A stretch of 64,000 nucleotides of DNA, taken from the human T2T-CHM13v2.0 reference genome, Homo sapiens. Both the position numbers and the translations under genes were made by a program. The stretch's first letter is position 1. Each line of letters begins with the position of its first letter. Of this stretch, positions 39,850 through 53,259 are shown piece by piece. The stretch lies in the NCBI RefSeq assembly GCF_009914755.1, contig NC_060938.1, one strand, 5' to 3'. A model generated the notes under the pieces. It had not been told where the DNA came from and did no database searches. It saw nothing but the letters and a program-made list of their open reading frames with translations.

Positions 39850-42369
39850 TCCACTGGAAATTTGGCAGCTATGGAGTTAGGGAGATATGGTGAGGTATTT
39901 GGTGGGGGGCATTTTTCCTATCTTTTTCTTTTTCAGTATTTTTGGGATCAAAATTTGGCATGTTACTGTGGCATTTCTATTAGGATGTGGTGAATTGGGG
40001 AAATGAAATATGAATTGAAAATAGGACTTAGGTAACATGATAATTTACATAGCCTCTTTTGTGCCAGTAAGAGATTGTGTTTAGGTGTAACTGGGCTCTT
40101 GGAAAAGACATCTAGCTTCTTTACATTTCACTATCCCTTTTTTCACCATCATCCTCTCTAGAAGCCCCAAGCGTGGAGAGTTTGGAGGCTGCCTTTAACA
40201 TCAGGTGGCAAGCCACACCCCTGTGCCCTTGCACCCTTGCCGTGAGAGTACACCATATTTTTCATTTCTTCAACTTGCATTGGCAATCTGTTTCAGCATA
40301 ATTTACACATTTACACATTTTAGAGAGCAAGGCACAGTCATGCAACTTAATTCCAAAAAACATAAGCACTGAAGGCTGCCTCCGTACATTAGCTTTGCAA
40401 AGCATATGAATGCCTTTGCAGAAACCCAATCCAAGGCACACGGCTGTTTGGAATACGTGTCAGGAGGTACCTGCTGCTTGTCATTTTCCACCCAATGTTC
40501 TCTGGAGTGTCCTTACTTGGTTGACTTTTCAATGCTGATTTGGGGTCAGCAACTGGTTTATTAGCAGAGGTACCCTTGTAATTGCACAGAATAGAGCACA
40601 AGTGTCACCTCTCCTCTCTCCAGCCCTGTGGCCACACCCCTTAAGGGTGAACTTACCCCACTGGGACATCATTTTTATTTCCATAGAAAGAAAGAAAAAT
40701 AGTTCTTTAATAATCTTGTGGTAAGGAATTAGTGAAAGAGCCTTAGCATAGTACGTCCTCAATTGATACCAGTTTTCTTCTCTTCTTTTCACCAGTGGGA
40801 CATGGTTCTCTGTTTTTTTTTTTTTTTTTTTTTTAAAAAAGGGAAAAGGACAAATCATTTGCAGGACAAAGTGTGTCTTACATCTCTCCGGAGGAAGGCT
40901 CCTCTGAAAGGCACTGTTTGTGACCCCCTGTGACAGTTGTCTTGGTATACAAGGTAATTGAGTTTCTCTCCTATTCAATCGGGCTGCTTCCTTAAAAATA
41001 GTGATTAAAACAGACTTACTGGAGGGCAGGATGACATTTATATGGACTGGAGGCATTTTCCTGTTCATTTTGTTTGGGGAGTAACCTTTCAGAAAGGGTA
41101 GATTTAATTTAGGGAACACTTCATTAAGCGGGAATTGATTACTAGAAGGAATATTCTTACAATAAAAAATGCCATCATCTCCGAAGACTGGCTCAGTTAA
41201 AAAAAAAAAATCTGACAGTTAAGAGAATTGAGGATTTGGGGAGGTAGAGCATGCTTCTTTAATTTGGTGGATTTTTAATTTCTTTCCTTTTCTTTCTTGG
41301 GTTTTTTTTTTTTTGGTTTTGAATAATCAGTGGTGTTAAAGTGTCTACTCACTATTGCTGGCAACTTCTGATGAAGAATACATGATTAGGGTCATACAAA
41401 TAGAGATACTTTTGGTGCTAATTCACATATTGAGTATATTCAAAGAGTAATTGATCTTTCCTTTTACCCTCAAAATCCACCCCTAGTTATTAGGGCTATT
41501 TTGGGATCTTTTAGGGTTTGCTGTAGGTTGAACCTTAGAGGGAAACTCGAATGCCTAGCAGAAAACTTCAAGGAACAGGATTGACTTTACTAACTTGGAA
41601 AACACAATAGCTTGGGGGAATACAGATTTAGACAAACACAGCAATTATTGACTGAATCTTCCCTTTCTGAACCTTGTACTCTTAGAGCACAAAGGTGCTT
41701 TTCAGTGACCTCTGGGTTCTCCATGGTAAGTTTATTTGCATGACAAGGTTCTTCCTATGTCTTTTCATTTTGTTGTCGAGTTTTTCTGCACCTTTTAACA
41801 GTCTTTGCTCTGCCTCTCTTGGTTGTTTAGTTGAGTGTTCTCTAGGGCTAAATCTCAAAAAGACTGTCTTAAACCAGGTTTTCAAACAATTTCAGCTTTC
41901 CTCCTTGAGATCGGCATGGCTGCCCAAATAACAATGGCACCATCCACCTTCTCCACTGGCATAGTACCAAGCCTGGCAAGATAAGTCATGGATATTCCAC
42001 TCTTAAAGATGCCTATTCAATCGTGTTTAGAATCTAGTGTGAGCTGCCGGCAATCTTATGCAGTAAACTGATATTGTTGCTGTTTTAGTGAAGTGTTTTC
42101 TGGACTAGAAAGACTGCTATAGCAGCATGCAAAATGTAATAGGTTTTCGAACAAAATAATCTACTATGTATGATGAAACATTATGGCTTTTTAGCATTTA
42201 TTGGTCAGAAAACATCCTGTGTATAAGCTTTTATATTTCTTTGTGAGATGAAAAATTTTAAAAATAAATGTATTGCTCAGTGCATCTTTTAACAAATTGT
42301 TCCAGGCAACAGTTATCATTTTTTTCATTTTTCAAATTTGCAGAGATTTTACAAGATCTTGGAGCAGGG

Positions 42370-42900
42370 GAGATACTGTGAAACAGGCACTTTTATATAC
42401 TAGTTACAGAGGGGGAATTGGTATAATTTGTATGGAAGGCAATTTGCCAATATGCCTTTGGGGACATTAAATATGTTGGTACCCTTTGACCCAGTAATTC
42501 TATTTCCAGGAATTCATTCTAAGCAAGTAATCCAACATAGGTAGCTCTTTTCCATAAATTGGTTTATTTAAACATTACCCGAAATCGTGAAGGAAAAAAT
42601 ATTGGAAATTACCAAATGCCCTTAAACAGGCGAATGATTAGGTAACATTTTGTGCATATGTATTAGGTTACGTTAATAAAGAAATTTTAAGGATATAAAG
42701 AAAATGCTTATTGATAAAGGTAAAGGCAAAATAGAGAAAGCAAAATTATGTGAACAGTGTGAACTCAATTCCATAAAATGTATATGCATAGAATATGAAA
42801 AGAAATTATAGCAAAATATTTATTATTGGTTATCTCCTGGTCTTAAGATTATACACCATTTTTCCTTTTCTTCTTACTTTTTTTCTGTGTTATAAATATG
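42370..42900 (+). mobile_element. Old L1ME 3' fragment
   Basis: TACCCTTTGACCCAGTAATTCTATTTCCAGGAATT motif and degenerate 3' UTR. Confidence 0.75.
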
Positions 42901-42948
42901 TAAAATAACTAAAGACATCCTAAGTAGTAAAAATAATTTGACCTAAAT

Positions 42949-42949
42949 T

Positions 42950-42983
<34 letters not shown>
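42949..42983. repeat. (TG)n microsatellite
   Basis: Directly visible. Confidence 0.95.
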
Positions 42984-42985
<2 letters not shown>

Positions 42986-44759
42986 CAATGAAGAATTTTT
43001 TTTTGTTTTTATTTATGTTTTCTTTAGGAAAATAAAACATGTCTAGTAAGAAAGATGAAACAAAGAAAGAGTTGGGGTAAGTTCACATTTTTCAAACCAA
43101 CTTGTGCTTCTAAAATAAAATTCTGCCTCTCCACACACTGGGTTCCTGGAAGCTAACCAAAATCTGCTCAGTAATATTAACTCCACTTAAAAAAAGGAAG
43201 AGAACATATTGAACTGCATTCACTTATGGTCTGGGTGCTTGGAAGAAATCAGCTGGTGAGTACCAAAGTGATGACTGCATGTTTCTATTTGCATTTTGAA
43301 AATTGACAGATAATTGAAAGGAATCAGCATATGAAATTTCTCCAAGGAAGCCAGCTGAGAAGCCCGAGGAACCCTGCCTACGGAGGCCTCCTGGTGCCTG
43401 AAGTCTGGTTGCAGAATGTTCTAGAACTGTACACCTCTTTAGTTATTGTCGAATAGATTCTCTATCTGTGTGCTGGGGACTGGGAATAGCTCCATCTGGT
43501 TGTCCAGTCAGTGCAATAACAACACTCCATATTCAAAGCTTCCTTTCCATCATTTTCTTCAATTACGATTTCTGCAAAATCACTGAGACCCTACATGAGA
43601 AATAATCAGAAACAGTAATCCATCTTGGTGCCATTTAAATATCCACAGAGATACTTTGTCAGAGAACAGTCTTGGCAGACATTCTTTTAAAATACATTTA
43701 TTAGTTTTTTAATTGGAAATGGCAGCAATGGCTTTACCTTAAGCAAATACTCAATATACATATTTTTAAATAATCATGAAGATCAAACAATATTTTAAAG
43801 GTTTCAGACATGCACGAAATATGCATGCTGATAGATTTTTTAAAAGTGAAATCCATATAGAAGTGTAAAGAAATAGTGAATACTCCCCAGTTAAAAAAAA
43901 AGCAATAAAGGTATTTGTGGAGGGAGGGAGGAAGGTAGTGAGGGAGAGGGGAAAATTGGGTTAGGGGGCAGAAAGAGAGAGAGAATTACAAGAAACGCTG
44001 GTAATAAAAGCATGTACTTTTTGTTGTAGCTGTGTACGTTTGAAAATAAACTACCAATGTGAAAACATAAACCTGAATTTACCACTTCACTCTCCCCCTG
44101 GGGTAGGGGTATAGGCACTGAGAAGCAAACAGGATTCATCTGAGAACATCGGTTGCATGTCTCTGTGCTTCAGTGTTCAAGTCTCCCACAAAATGTATTT
44201 ATTTAGCAAATGTCACCCAAAACAGCTTGGTAGCAGATGAGGTTTATTTAATGGCAGTAAAACAGGTGAAACATTCCCTACATTTTTCGTCTCTGTTTAT
44301 GTTTCTATCAAAAAAAAAAAAAGTGAGCTAGTTACAGCTCTTTACACACTCACACAGAACCATGGCATATATTTGAGAAATAACACAAATTTTGCTTAGT
44401 AACTGGCTTGGAAAATAGAAATCCCTGTATTTTCTCAAAGCAATTTATGATTTTTCTGTCCAGAGGACAGGATCATCAAATCCAGACTCAACTTCACTTT
44501 ATTTTTATTTTATTTTATTTTAAATGCTTTCCCTTCAAGATTTGCAATCTCAATTTGGCATCAGTTTTAAGTTCCTTTAAGTCTTACGTTCTCTTCCTAT
44601 TTTAGCTTTACTATGCTTTGGAGTGTCCTCTCAGTAAGGAAAAAAATCCACCCGATCTCTTCCCCAGCCCTTTCATCTGTAACCTTTCTACAAGTAAATG
44701 CTAATTGAAAAAGAAAGAACACCACTAATCTTGGAATTTAAATGCATTTAACAAAACCA

Positions 44760-45580
44760 ATCTCACTCTAAATTGTTGTTTCGCCATTCCCTTTTCCCTA
44801 ACAGATGTCGAGAAACTGCAATTCCTATTAAGAACACTTGACTGTTTACTCAGCACGAGAACGTCAGCCCCAGCCTGCATCAATCTAAATGCGTTTCGAG
44901 ACGTCAGGCCCCCGAAAAGTGCAGACGGTTAGTCGGTTATTTTTAAATGTAATCTTCACATAAAAGAATCACTGCACTTTCCCTTTCACTTTGTCATCCC
45001 TTCTCTTTTTTAACGATGGCATCAAGCAAAGGCGTAGAAGGGAATTTTATGGCCGTTCCATTTGAGTTGCTTTCGGCATGAGCTAGTGGATTTGTCATGC
45101 GGCGAATTAAATTATTAGTTAAGTTTGTAAATTGATTGGGAAAATAATGTGCTGGCCGATATTCTACAGCCTACAGGCTTAACATGAGGGGTGGAGTTGT
45201 GATTGCTTGATGGTGTGTGCATGTGTGTGGTGCCGCAGATAGAAAGGTTGAGGCAAAAGGAGTGTTATGTTGGGGTCTCGGGCTTGGCAAGGGCTGGTGG
45301 GCGGGAACGAGAGGAACCTCGTGTCCACATCTGAATCTTGAAAACCCTTGCGTTCACTTGGCCTGATCCTCAGAGCATCGTATCATATTTGTCATTTGTT
45401 TAAAAGCACTTGTTCAGCAGTTGGCATGTAACATACATATATTGCACACGCAAGCTGCGTGATTTTGCTGTGCTGTGTTTGCACCCGGTTTCCGGGGCCC
45501 TTGTCATCTTGCCAACACCAAGCTGCACAATTTGGAAAGATGTATTTTCAGAATTCTCGGCATTTTCACGTTTTCCCTTT
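44760..45580. promoter_or_regulatory. Repeat-free, CpG-retaining candidate regulatory element
   Basis: About 30 CpGs counted by eye in ~800 bp of moderately AT-rich DNA; FOX (TGTTTAC), two ACGTCA half-CRE, HOX (TTTTATGG) and ETS-like (TTTCCGG) motifs. Confidence 0.55.
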
Positions 45581-45971
45581 CCAGTTCACTGTCCCTCTTA
45601 CTCAACTTATTAAGAATGGAAGAGAAAAAAAATGCAGATGAGGAAATAGCATTAACTTAAAACTGGAAAGAACATTCCCTGTTTGGAATGAAAGGGAAAC
45701 TTGTGCATGTGTGGGACCCCTGATGATATGCCAGGCATATCGAGTATACCGCAGGATCACCTGGAGTCTGCGCAGCATCTGAGTGTCATGACTCTTGCTT
45801 GCTCCATTTTATAGATGAGAAAACTGAGGATCTACAAGGTTGATTCGACTTCAAAGCTGATCTGTTAAAGATGCCAGGCCAGCACTGAAGCTTATGCTTC
45901 ATTAACAAAAACCACACAGACTTTCCTTTCTCATTCCTTTTTAAAAATCTTTTAAAAGAGATATTTGAACT

Positions 45972-46279
45972 AGCTGGGAGTAGTGGCTCATGCCTGTAAT
46001 TCCAGCATTTTGGGAGGCCAAGGCAGGTGGATCATTTGAAGTCAGGAGTTCGAGATCAGCCTGGCAAACATGGTGAAACCTCATCTCTACTAAAAATATA
46101 AAAATTTGCCAGGAGTGGTGGTGTGTGCCTGTAATCCCAGCTACTCAGGAGGCTGAGGCAGGAGATTCACTTGAGCCTGGGAAGCTGAGGTTGCGGTGAG
46201 CGGAGATCAAGCCACTACAGTCCAGTCTGGGTGAGAGAGTGAGACCATGTCTCAGAAAAAAAAAAAAAAAAAAAAAAAA
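45972..46279 (+). mobile_element. AluS
   Basis: Dimeric Alu, A24 tail, TSD AGATATTTGAAC/AGATACTTGAAC. Confidence 0.95.
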
Positions 46280-48022
46280 GATACTTGAACACATACGTTA
46301 AGTCTTTTACCACGTGGTAAGCTTCTGAAGGATGGACGCTTGTTCTGATTTAACTGTGTCTAGTCCCCAGCACTTGTTTCCTCCTGCTAGCCATATATTA
46401 GTGGTCAAATGATAAATTACAGAATTGCTAAGTGCATTCATTGCTAGAGTTGCAGTCACACCAGCCTCCTCTGTGTGATTTCCAAGCAGACGTTAATTTT
46501 GCTGGCTTGTAATATACAAAAGAAATATCGGCGGGGTGCGGAGGCATTTGGGACCTGGCCTGGCCTCCAAGTCCATTCATTGGTGTGTCTGGTTCAGACT
46601 GAGAACCATCTTCCCTCACGTGTTCTAATTGATTTTCACGCCTTTGAGTTTGACTATGTGCCTGAGCTGGGTGAGAACAGGCCTGAATTTGGAGGTTGGA
46701 AGTCCAGGCCAGCTGGTGGTTCTGGGCTCTAGAATCCAGGGCCCTAGGTCTGCACTTCACTCTCAAGTAGCTTCAGGAGGATTATCTTGTCCGAGAGTCC
46801 GTGTCCTCCTCATGATGGCAAAAAGTAACAGTCCCTCCGTCCACCTCCATCTCTCAAGGATACTGCAAAGTACAGTGGCTTGTCTGGTAAATGTATAGTA
46901 AGTTCCAGTTACATTTAGTAGAAATGATAAATTTAGGAATTCAAACAAGGTGCAGTGCCTCAAACTAGCACCATGGGCTTTTCCCTTTTCCTCCTGCCTC
47001 GGGCTTATTGTCTGCCTGTCCCTCTGCTGGGTTCCCTGCCTCCCTTCTCTTTCTTCCTGTTTGCTGCTCAGTCTTCAGTTCCTATCCTCCAGCCCCTGAA
47101 TCTTCCATCTTCCTTTCTTAACTCTCTTTCCACTTTCCTTAGGCCTCCATTCCCCCTCCCTTATTTGCAAATCCTGTTCTCAGGCTTTGCTTGTTCTTGG
47201 TAAGGCGGAGCAATGGACATGGCACTCCTGAGAGGCACAGGAGGAAGCACTTTCTGTTGTCTTGAGGGAGGACGGGCTCCCAGGAATCACAGCTCACCCC
47301 AGGGGTGTTTTGATGAGGTCGAACTGGCTTGGAGCAGAATGCTAGTTAGGTTTTATGTACTCGAGATGCTGAGATACTTACAATCCTTCTGCCCTGGTTG
47401 AAAGGCTTGCCCCTATATATCTCTGGAGAGTCAGAAGGAGGAATCCAAGCTTTGGTGGTCTCTCTGGCACAGCGTTTGCATATGCTAAGTGTATCAGGCT
47501 AGTTTTCTGCTTGTAATCTTCGAGTTTCCGGAGACTAGATCACAAGAAGAGGAGGTGAATGTGGCAAGGGAGAGGAAGGGAGACATTAAGATTTAAAATC
47601 TTAAAATAGTTTAGACCAATTCCTTCCTTTTATGTAGGAAGAAATCAGTCTCAGAGAGTTCAAGAGAACTTTCGCAGACTCACAGAGCAAAAAAGAGGAG
47701 AAAAATCCAAACCTATGTTTCTTGATGTTTGTTTGTTTGTTTTCTCCATTCTATACTAATAGAAATGGAAAGGGAAAGAAGAAGAAATTAAATCAGGAGA
47801 TGAGACGGAAGAAGAGAAATCAGAGGATCTAGTCCAATTGTTCTTTCCAAGCAATCCATTGGCTAAACCCCACTTGCTGGATTTAGAATTAAAGGACCAA
47901 GTAATGAGCCATATGAAATTGAACAAGCCATTTGAATTCTCCCACTTCCACATCCCTTATCCACCCAGCAACACATTAGAGCATTCTTTTGATTCTTCCT
48001 TTAAAAGATCCAGTTTGAAATT

Positions 48023-48403
48023 TGATATTGTTTGGATTTGTGCCCCCACCAAATCTCGTGTTGAATTGTAATCGCCAGTGTTGGAGGAGGGGCCTGGTGG
48101 GAGGTGCTTGGATCACGGGGGTGGACTTCCCCCTTGCTGTTGTTGTGATAGTGAGTGAGTTCTCAGGAGATCTGTTTGTTTAAAAATGTGTAGCACCTTC
48201 CCCCTTCTCTCTCTTTCTCCTGCTTCAGCCATGTAAAATATGCCTGCTTCTTCACCTTCCACCATGATTGTAAGTTTCCTGAGGCTTCTCCAGCCATGCT
48301 TCCTGTACACCCTGGGGAATCATGAGCCAATTAAACCTCTTTTCTTTATAAATTACCCAGTCTTAGGTATCTCTTTATAGCAGTACAAGAATAGCCTAAC
48401 ACA
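48023..48403 (+). mobile_element. MaLR solo LTR (MSTA-like)
   Basis: TG...CA termini, ATTAAA polyA signal, perfect 5 bp TSD AAATT. Confidence 0.95.
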
Positions 48404-50079
48404 AAATTCAACTAGCACTGAATTTACCTACCTTATCCCCTACAATGTATAAGCCAGGAACAATTCAATACTTCCAATTAGTTTTTGAGTAATTTTCACT
48501 ATCTCATTTTACAGACAGTGAGACTGAACTTGAAGCTTCCTACATGTGTACCTTTTTTTTTCATTTAGGGGAAGCAAACTGAGTGTGGTGGAAAGAACAC
48601 AAACTTTAGAATCAGGTACATTTTTGTTTTTTTTTTTTAAACCACTTTCTGTGTTTCTCAGCACTAGTAATGACGCTAAACTTCAACTTTCTCAGCTGTC
48701 AAAGGAAATAAGGAAGCTGACCCTGAAGAAATAATGGGGGCTAAGTGGGAGCGTGTACATAGAAGCCCTCACTAGAGGAGTTGACTCTCCAGGAGGTGAA
48801 AGTGAGAGAAAGACACACATCACCTGCTGTACTTCCATTTGGAGCTTGGTTCTTAAGGTGGGTGAACAGAGTAGATAAAGAAAGATTACAAAATCTTCCT
48901 ACATATGTAATTTCATTCTGTTCATTCAGAGAATTAAACTGAGCCCTCACTAGGATTGAGTCATGCTTCCTGGTTTTGAAACTGTCAGAATGCTTGAGAA
49001 AACAACAACAAACAACTATTACTGGTGGGTGAAGAAACGAGAAAGTTCTTAATGAGGCAAAAACAATGACTGCTAGAGCAAGCTCTGGTCCCACAGAGCA
49101 CTAATGGTCCCCACGCATTCCCAGGCTCCTGCTGTGCAGTGGGCCCCCTGGGCCTCACGTGTAAAAGCAAAAAGGAAAGAAATAGAACCATGAAATGCAT
49201 AGTGTATCTATGTAAGCATTTTATCCGTAGCCTCAGAAAAAAAAAAAATGAGAAGAATGAATAGGAGGTCGGTTAACTGTAGTAACTTCAAGTCTATGTT
49301 CTTCAATAAGGATCCAGGTGGTCCCTGTGTAGAAAATAATAAAGAAATGCATGGTCTACTGTTGTATAGGCTTCTGGGAGGATTTGGGAAGTGTGAGAAT
49401 TACAGGCTCTGCTGCAACCTTGCCAGGTATCGACAAGGTTGCCCAAGAACCCTTGTGCAAAAACTCAACCAGACTTTCCAAAGCCCCTGCAGATGCCTCA
49501 CTGGCATTCAGCTTTGTTGAAAACAAAACAATCAAAAAAGTAGTTCAAGTTTGCTATTACAGCCTTCTTGCCCCCTTCCCTCACACAAAATAGCCCTGAG
49601 CCCAGCCCCATGGTTGTGAGAGCCTGCCCACCTCTCACTTTGCACTTCTCTGTCCTGTGTATCCCCCTGGCTTGCCTTTCCCATTTCCATGTCTGACCCA
49701 TCCTTCACATTGTGAATGTATCTTTCACCGGGAGCCCCTGGACTCCTTTAGCCCTAGGCTGCCTCCCCGCTGCCTGGGATCTGCAGGGCCTCCTCTGCTG
49801 CACTGACTTCTTCTTCTAAATTGCAGTTCTTTCTTCCCCGGGACAGTCTCCCCCGGACCAACCCTGGGTTGGTTCTGATGACACTAGCACACTTCTGCAA
49901 GTCTCAGTTCTGCGTGTGCCAAGCAGAGTGTCGGGTACATTCATGAATGTTCACGCACACATGAGTGGACATACAGGAGCCACTGCTCTGGAGTGTCTAC
50001 CAGAGGGGCATTCACTGCAGCTCTGTGCCTTTGAGGCTGGGCTCTGTGCTAGGCTTTCTGCTTTGTGCTTTTGAAACCA

Positions 50080-50300
50080 CGTGGCTTAGGTTGGAATTCT
50101 GGCTCGGCCACTTCCTGGTTGTGACCTTGGATGAATTCCTTAAATTCTTGGTACCCCACCTGTTTCCTCACCTGTCAAGTGGAGAGATTCCTCACCAAAT
50201 GAAGAGACTAACGCTACATATCTCCCTGGGTGTTGTGAGGGTTAAGTGAGTTGATACATATAAAACACAGAACCAGGCCCAAGCATTGTTAGTGTTTATT
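50080..50300 (+). mobile_element. MIR SINE (followed by an antisense MIR piece to about 50460)
   Basis: GTTGTGACCTTGGATGAATTCCTTAA...GTTTCCTCACCTGT...GTTGTGAGGGTTAAGTGAG. Confidence 0.8.
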
Positions 50301-50481
50301 ACAGGCCAGCACTTTGGATTTAGAAGACATGGGCAGAGAGGCTTGGAGAGATTCATCAGTCCAATTGCTGCCCATGCAGGTCCAGGAACTCAAGTTCAGA
50401 GAGGCCCAGAGCCTGTGTAAAGCCAGTTTGGTGACAGGCTCAGAGAAGACTCTGACTCTTTGTGGACAGTGGACATTATCA

Positions 50482-50535
<54 letters not shown>
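50482..50535. repeat. Compound microsatellite (TG)12(AG)15
   Basis: Directly visible. Confidence 0.97.
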
Positions 50536-50540
<5 letters not shown>

Positions 50541-51846
50541 CAGAGAGGTGGGAGGATGGAGGGTTAGGGAGAGAAGACAACGCCAGCCTGTTTCCAAATC
50601 TGAGCAGATTTCTAATTAGGATAACATTCAGCGATTCTTACAAGAAAATATAAGAAAGGAGGAACTCATCTCTGGGCCTGCTTAGAAGTACGTGGTGGCA
50701 GAAGGTAATCAAGCTTCCTTGAACCTCTGCAACTGCTCGGCTCAGAATCTGGCACGAGCTATCTTTGTTTCCCTATCTTTTCCTGAAGCCTTTAGCAATC
50801 GCTAACAATCCTATTTACCCTGTGTACCAGACAAACACTGTTACCGTCGCCATCTCACTATTTTTATCTAATATTGAAATTTCTCTTCCTAAGAGCAGCC
50901 CTGAATATATTATGATATCTGCTGAATAAATGATGTGCATAATATACTGTGCAGAGATGGTATTTATGAAGCCCAGGTCTAAGCTAAAAAGAAGGATTCA
51001 TTCAGTTCTCATTTGAAAGGAAATTCAATTGGATAAATTTTCAAGAAAGCAAAGTCATGTATTTCCTTTTAAACATCCATACAAACTTTTGGATTCAAGG
51101 CCAATTTCTTCCTATCCCTCCATGAGAGAGATTGCCCTGCCATTTGTAACATATTTTTTTTTTCCTACAGAAATCGAGGTTGTCTCCCTGTTCCTAAGTG
51201 AGGCTTGTCCCATTAGTACCATCATCATCTTAGTAGAATAAATATAATGATATGTCAAACACATTTAACAGTGTCTGAGACATTACAAATCACTCTCTCT
51301 AAATGTCTCTGAGTTAAAGGGGCTTTAAAGCCTTCCCATTTTGCAAGGGAGGAGGCTGTACAACAATAGGAAGTGCTAGGAAGTGGATCGCTGATTTCTC
51401 AATGGCCCTTCCAGCTCTATGAGGTGTTTTAATATTCATCACACAATTGTCTTTCACCTCTTATACTTGGTGTAGAGTAGCCATAGTGATGGTAGCAGTT
51501 ATGGTATTAATAAAACTATTCTTTGCTTATTACAACAGTTTATAAAGTACCACTCTCTAGTGATACATTGGGGGACTGAGGTCAGAAGAAAAAAAGTGGG
51601 TAATTTGTGCAAGTTCACATGAGGAATGAATGAGGAACCCTAGTTCAGCTCAGGACTTGTGCTCCTGATGGCAAGTCCACCGTCTGTCTTTGTGAGTGTG
51701 TGCTGCTGCTGCTGCTGCTGTGTTTGTCTTTCCCTGGGGGCTTTGACCCTCGTGATTCTGACTTGGGAAGCCAAAATCTGGTCAGCTTTGTTAACACAAA
51801 ATTAAAAGTCAGAAAGTCAAGTGCGTGGTTAAAGAAGTGCTAATCC

Positions 51847-52139
51847 GGTCGGGTGCAGTGGCTCATGCCTGCAATCTCTGCACTTTGTGAGACTGAGGTG
51901 GGTGGATCACTTGAGGTCTGGCCAACATATGGTGAAACCCCATCTGTACTAAAAATACAAAAATTAGCCGGGCGTGGTGGCATGGGCTTGTAATCCTCCC
52001 AGCGACTTGGGAGGCTGGGGTGGGAGAATCCCTTGAATCCAGGAGGTGGAGTTTGCAGTGAGCCTAGATCACGCCACTGTGCTACAGCCTGGATGACAGA
52101 CTGAGACTTTGTCTCAAAAAAAAAAAGAAGAAAGAAAGA
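51847..52139 (+). mobile_element. AluS with an internal deletion of the Pol III B box
   Basis: GAGGTC joins directly to TGGCCAAC; TSD AAAGAAGTGCTAATCC/AAAGAAGTGCTAACCC. Confidence 0.93.
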
Positions 52140-52915
52140 AAAGAAGTGCTAACCCTCATTTCTGAGTTTCCTCATCCTGGGATTTTACCTCTACATTCAT
52201 TCAATCTGCCCTTAAAGACAAGAAAAAAAAGAAGGCTTGAAACAATAACAACAACACTGCAAAACTTTCAGGAATTTTCTAAATAAATGTCTTTCTTTTT
52301 CAGATGGGGAAAACGATTTTGCAGGTGAAACTCAGAAAGATGAAGCAGCTTTCCAGAACCACAAAGCGAACCGAGGGCAACATGAAGACGAAGACTCAGG
52401 TCTCTTTATTCTTCTCAAAGTGATCTTTCCATTGTGTCGCGAGGCTGCTACTTGGCGATCTTCAGAACATTAGGACAAAGTAACTCACCAATCAGGGGTT
52501 TACTGCCTTACCTGCCGGATCTGTTAGCCTCCACAGACCTCAATCCTACCCCCCATAAGATGGATCACAGAAGGTTAGCAAAATGGCTTAAAGAGTCTTT
52601 CTTTTTTCAGCATCTCAGGGTCGGATGACAAAAACATGCTCAGAGCTGCATTCCCCAAAGCAAGAGTCATGTGGGCAGGCACACAGGCTGGGTGCAAAGG
52701 AAGGTCAAAGAAGTTTGGAAAAATTCTGTTTTCAATCGTTTCTTTGCAGCAGATTTAGAAGGATCATGTGCCCTATGTGAATACCCTAGAGGGACAAGCT
52801 ATGAATTATTTCCCAACTTATTTGTGTAGAGACTTTTTTTTTTTTTTTTTTTGCAAAGAATATCTTGCAGTACTAACGATCTGTGGATAATACTTCAAGT
52901 AAGGATGCTTTAGAC

Positions 52916-53066
52916 CACTGGTCAACAAATTATGGTCCACAGATCAAATATGTCTTGCAAATAAAGTTTTATTGCTGCACAGACACATTTGGAACGCAGA
53001 GACTAAGTGGCCCACAGAGTCAATATTTACTATCTGGTTCTTTAGAAAAGAAGTGTGTATCCCCTT
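52916..53066. mobile_element. MER58A-like hAT-Charlie MITE, internally deleted
   Basis: GCAAATAAAGTTTTATTG and AATATTTACTATCTGGTTCTTTAGAAAA motifs. Confidence 0.8.
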
Positions 53067-53259
53067 TAGAGAATAGTACTATGGGCTCCTTGTACTTTAT
53101 ATTGTAACTTAGAGCCTCAGCATTAGTTACCATAAATGTTGGAGACAGAACATTTTCCCTCCTTCCTAACAGTACAATGGAGTCTATCCACTGAGATGGT
53201 TGTTATGGACACATGCTTAGAGTTTTCACTTACAGTCCATCTAAGCATCCATTCACAGA

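Noticed and set aside
40529-41119. Longest ORF in the track (196 aa, minus strand)
   Set aside because: It begins at a non-ATG codon, reads through a homopolymer (poly-K), has no recognisable domain and shows no exon structure; likely chance.
51701-51720. (CTG)6 trinucleotide repeat
   Set aside because: Too short to be notable and not in a supported exon.
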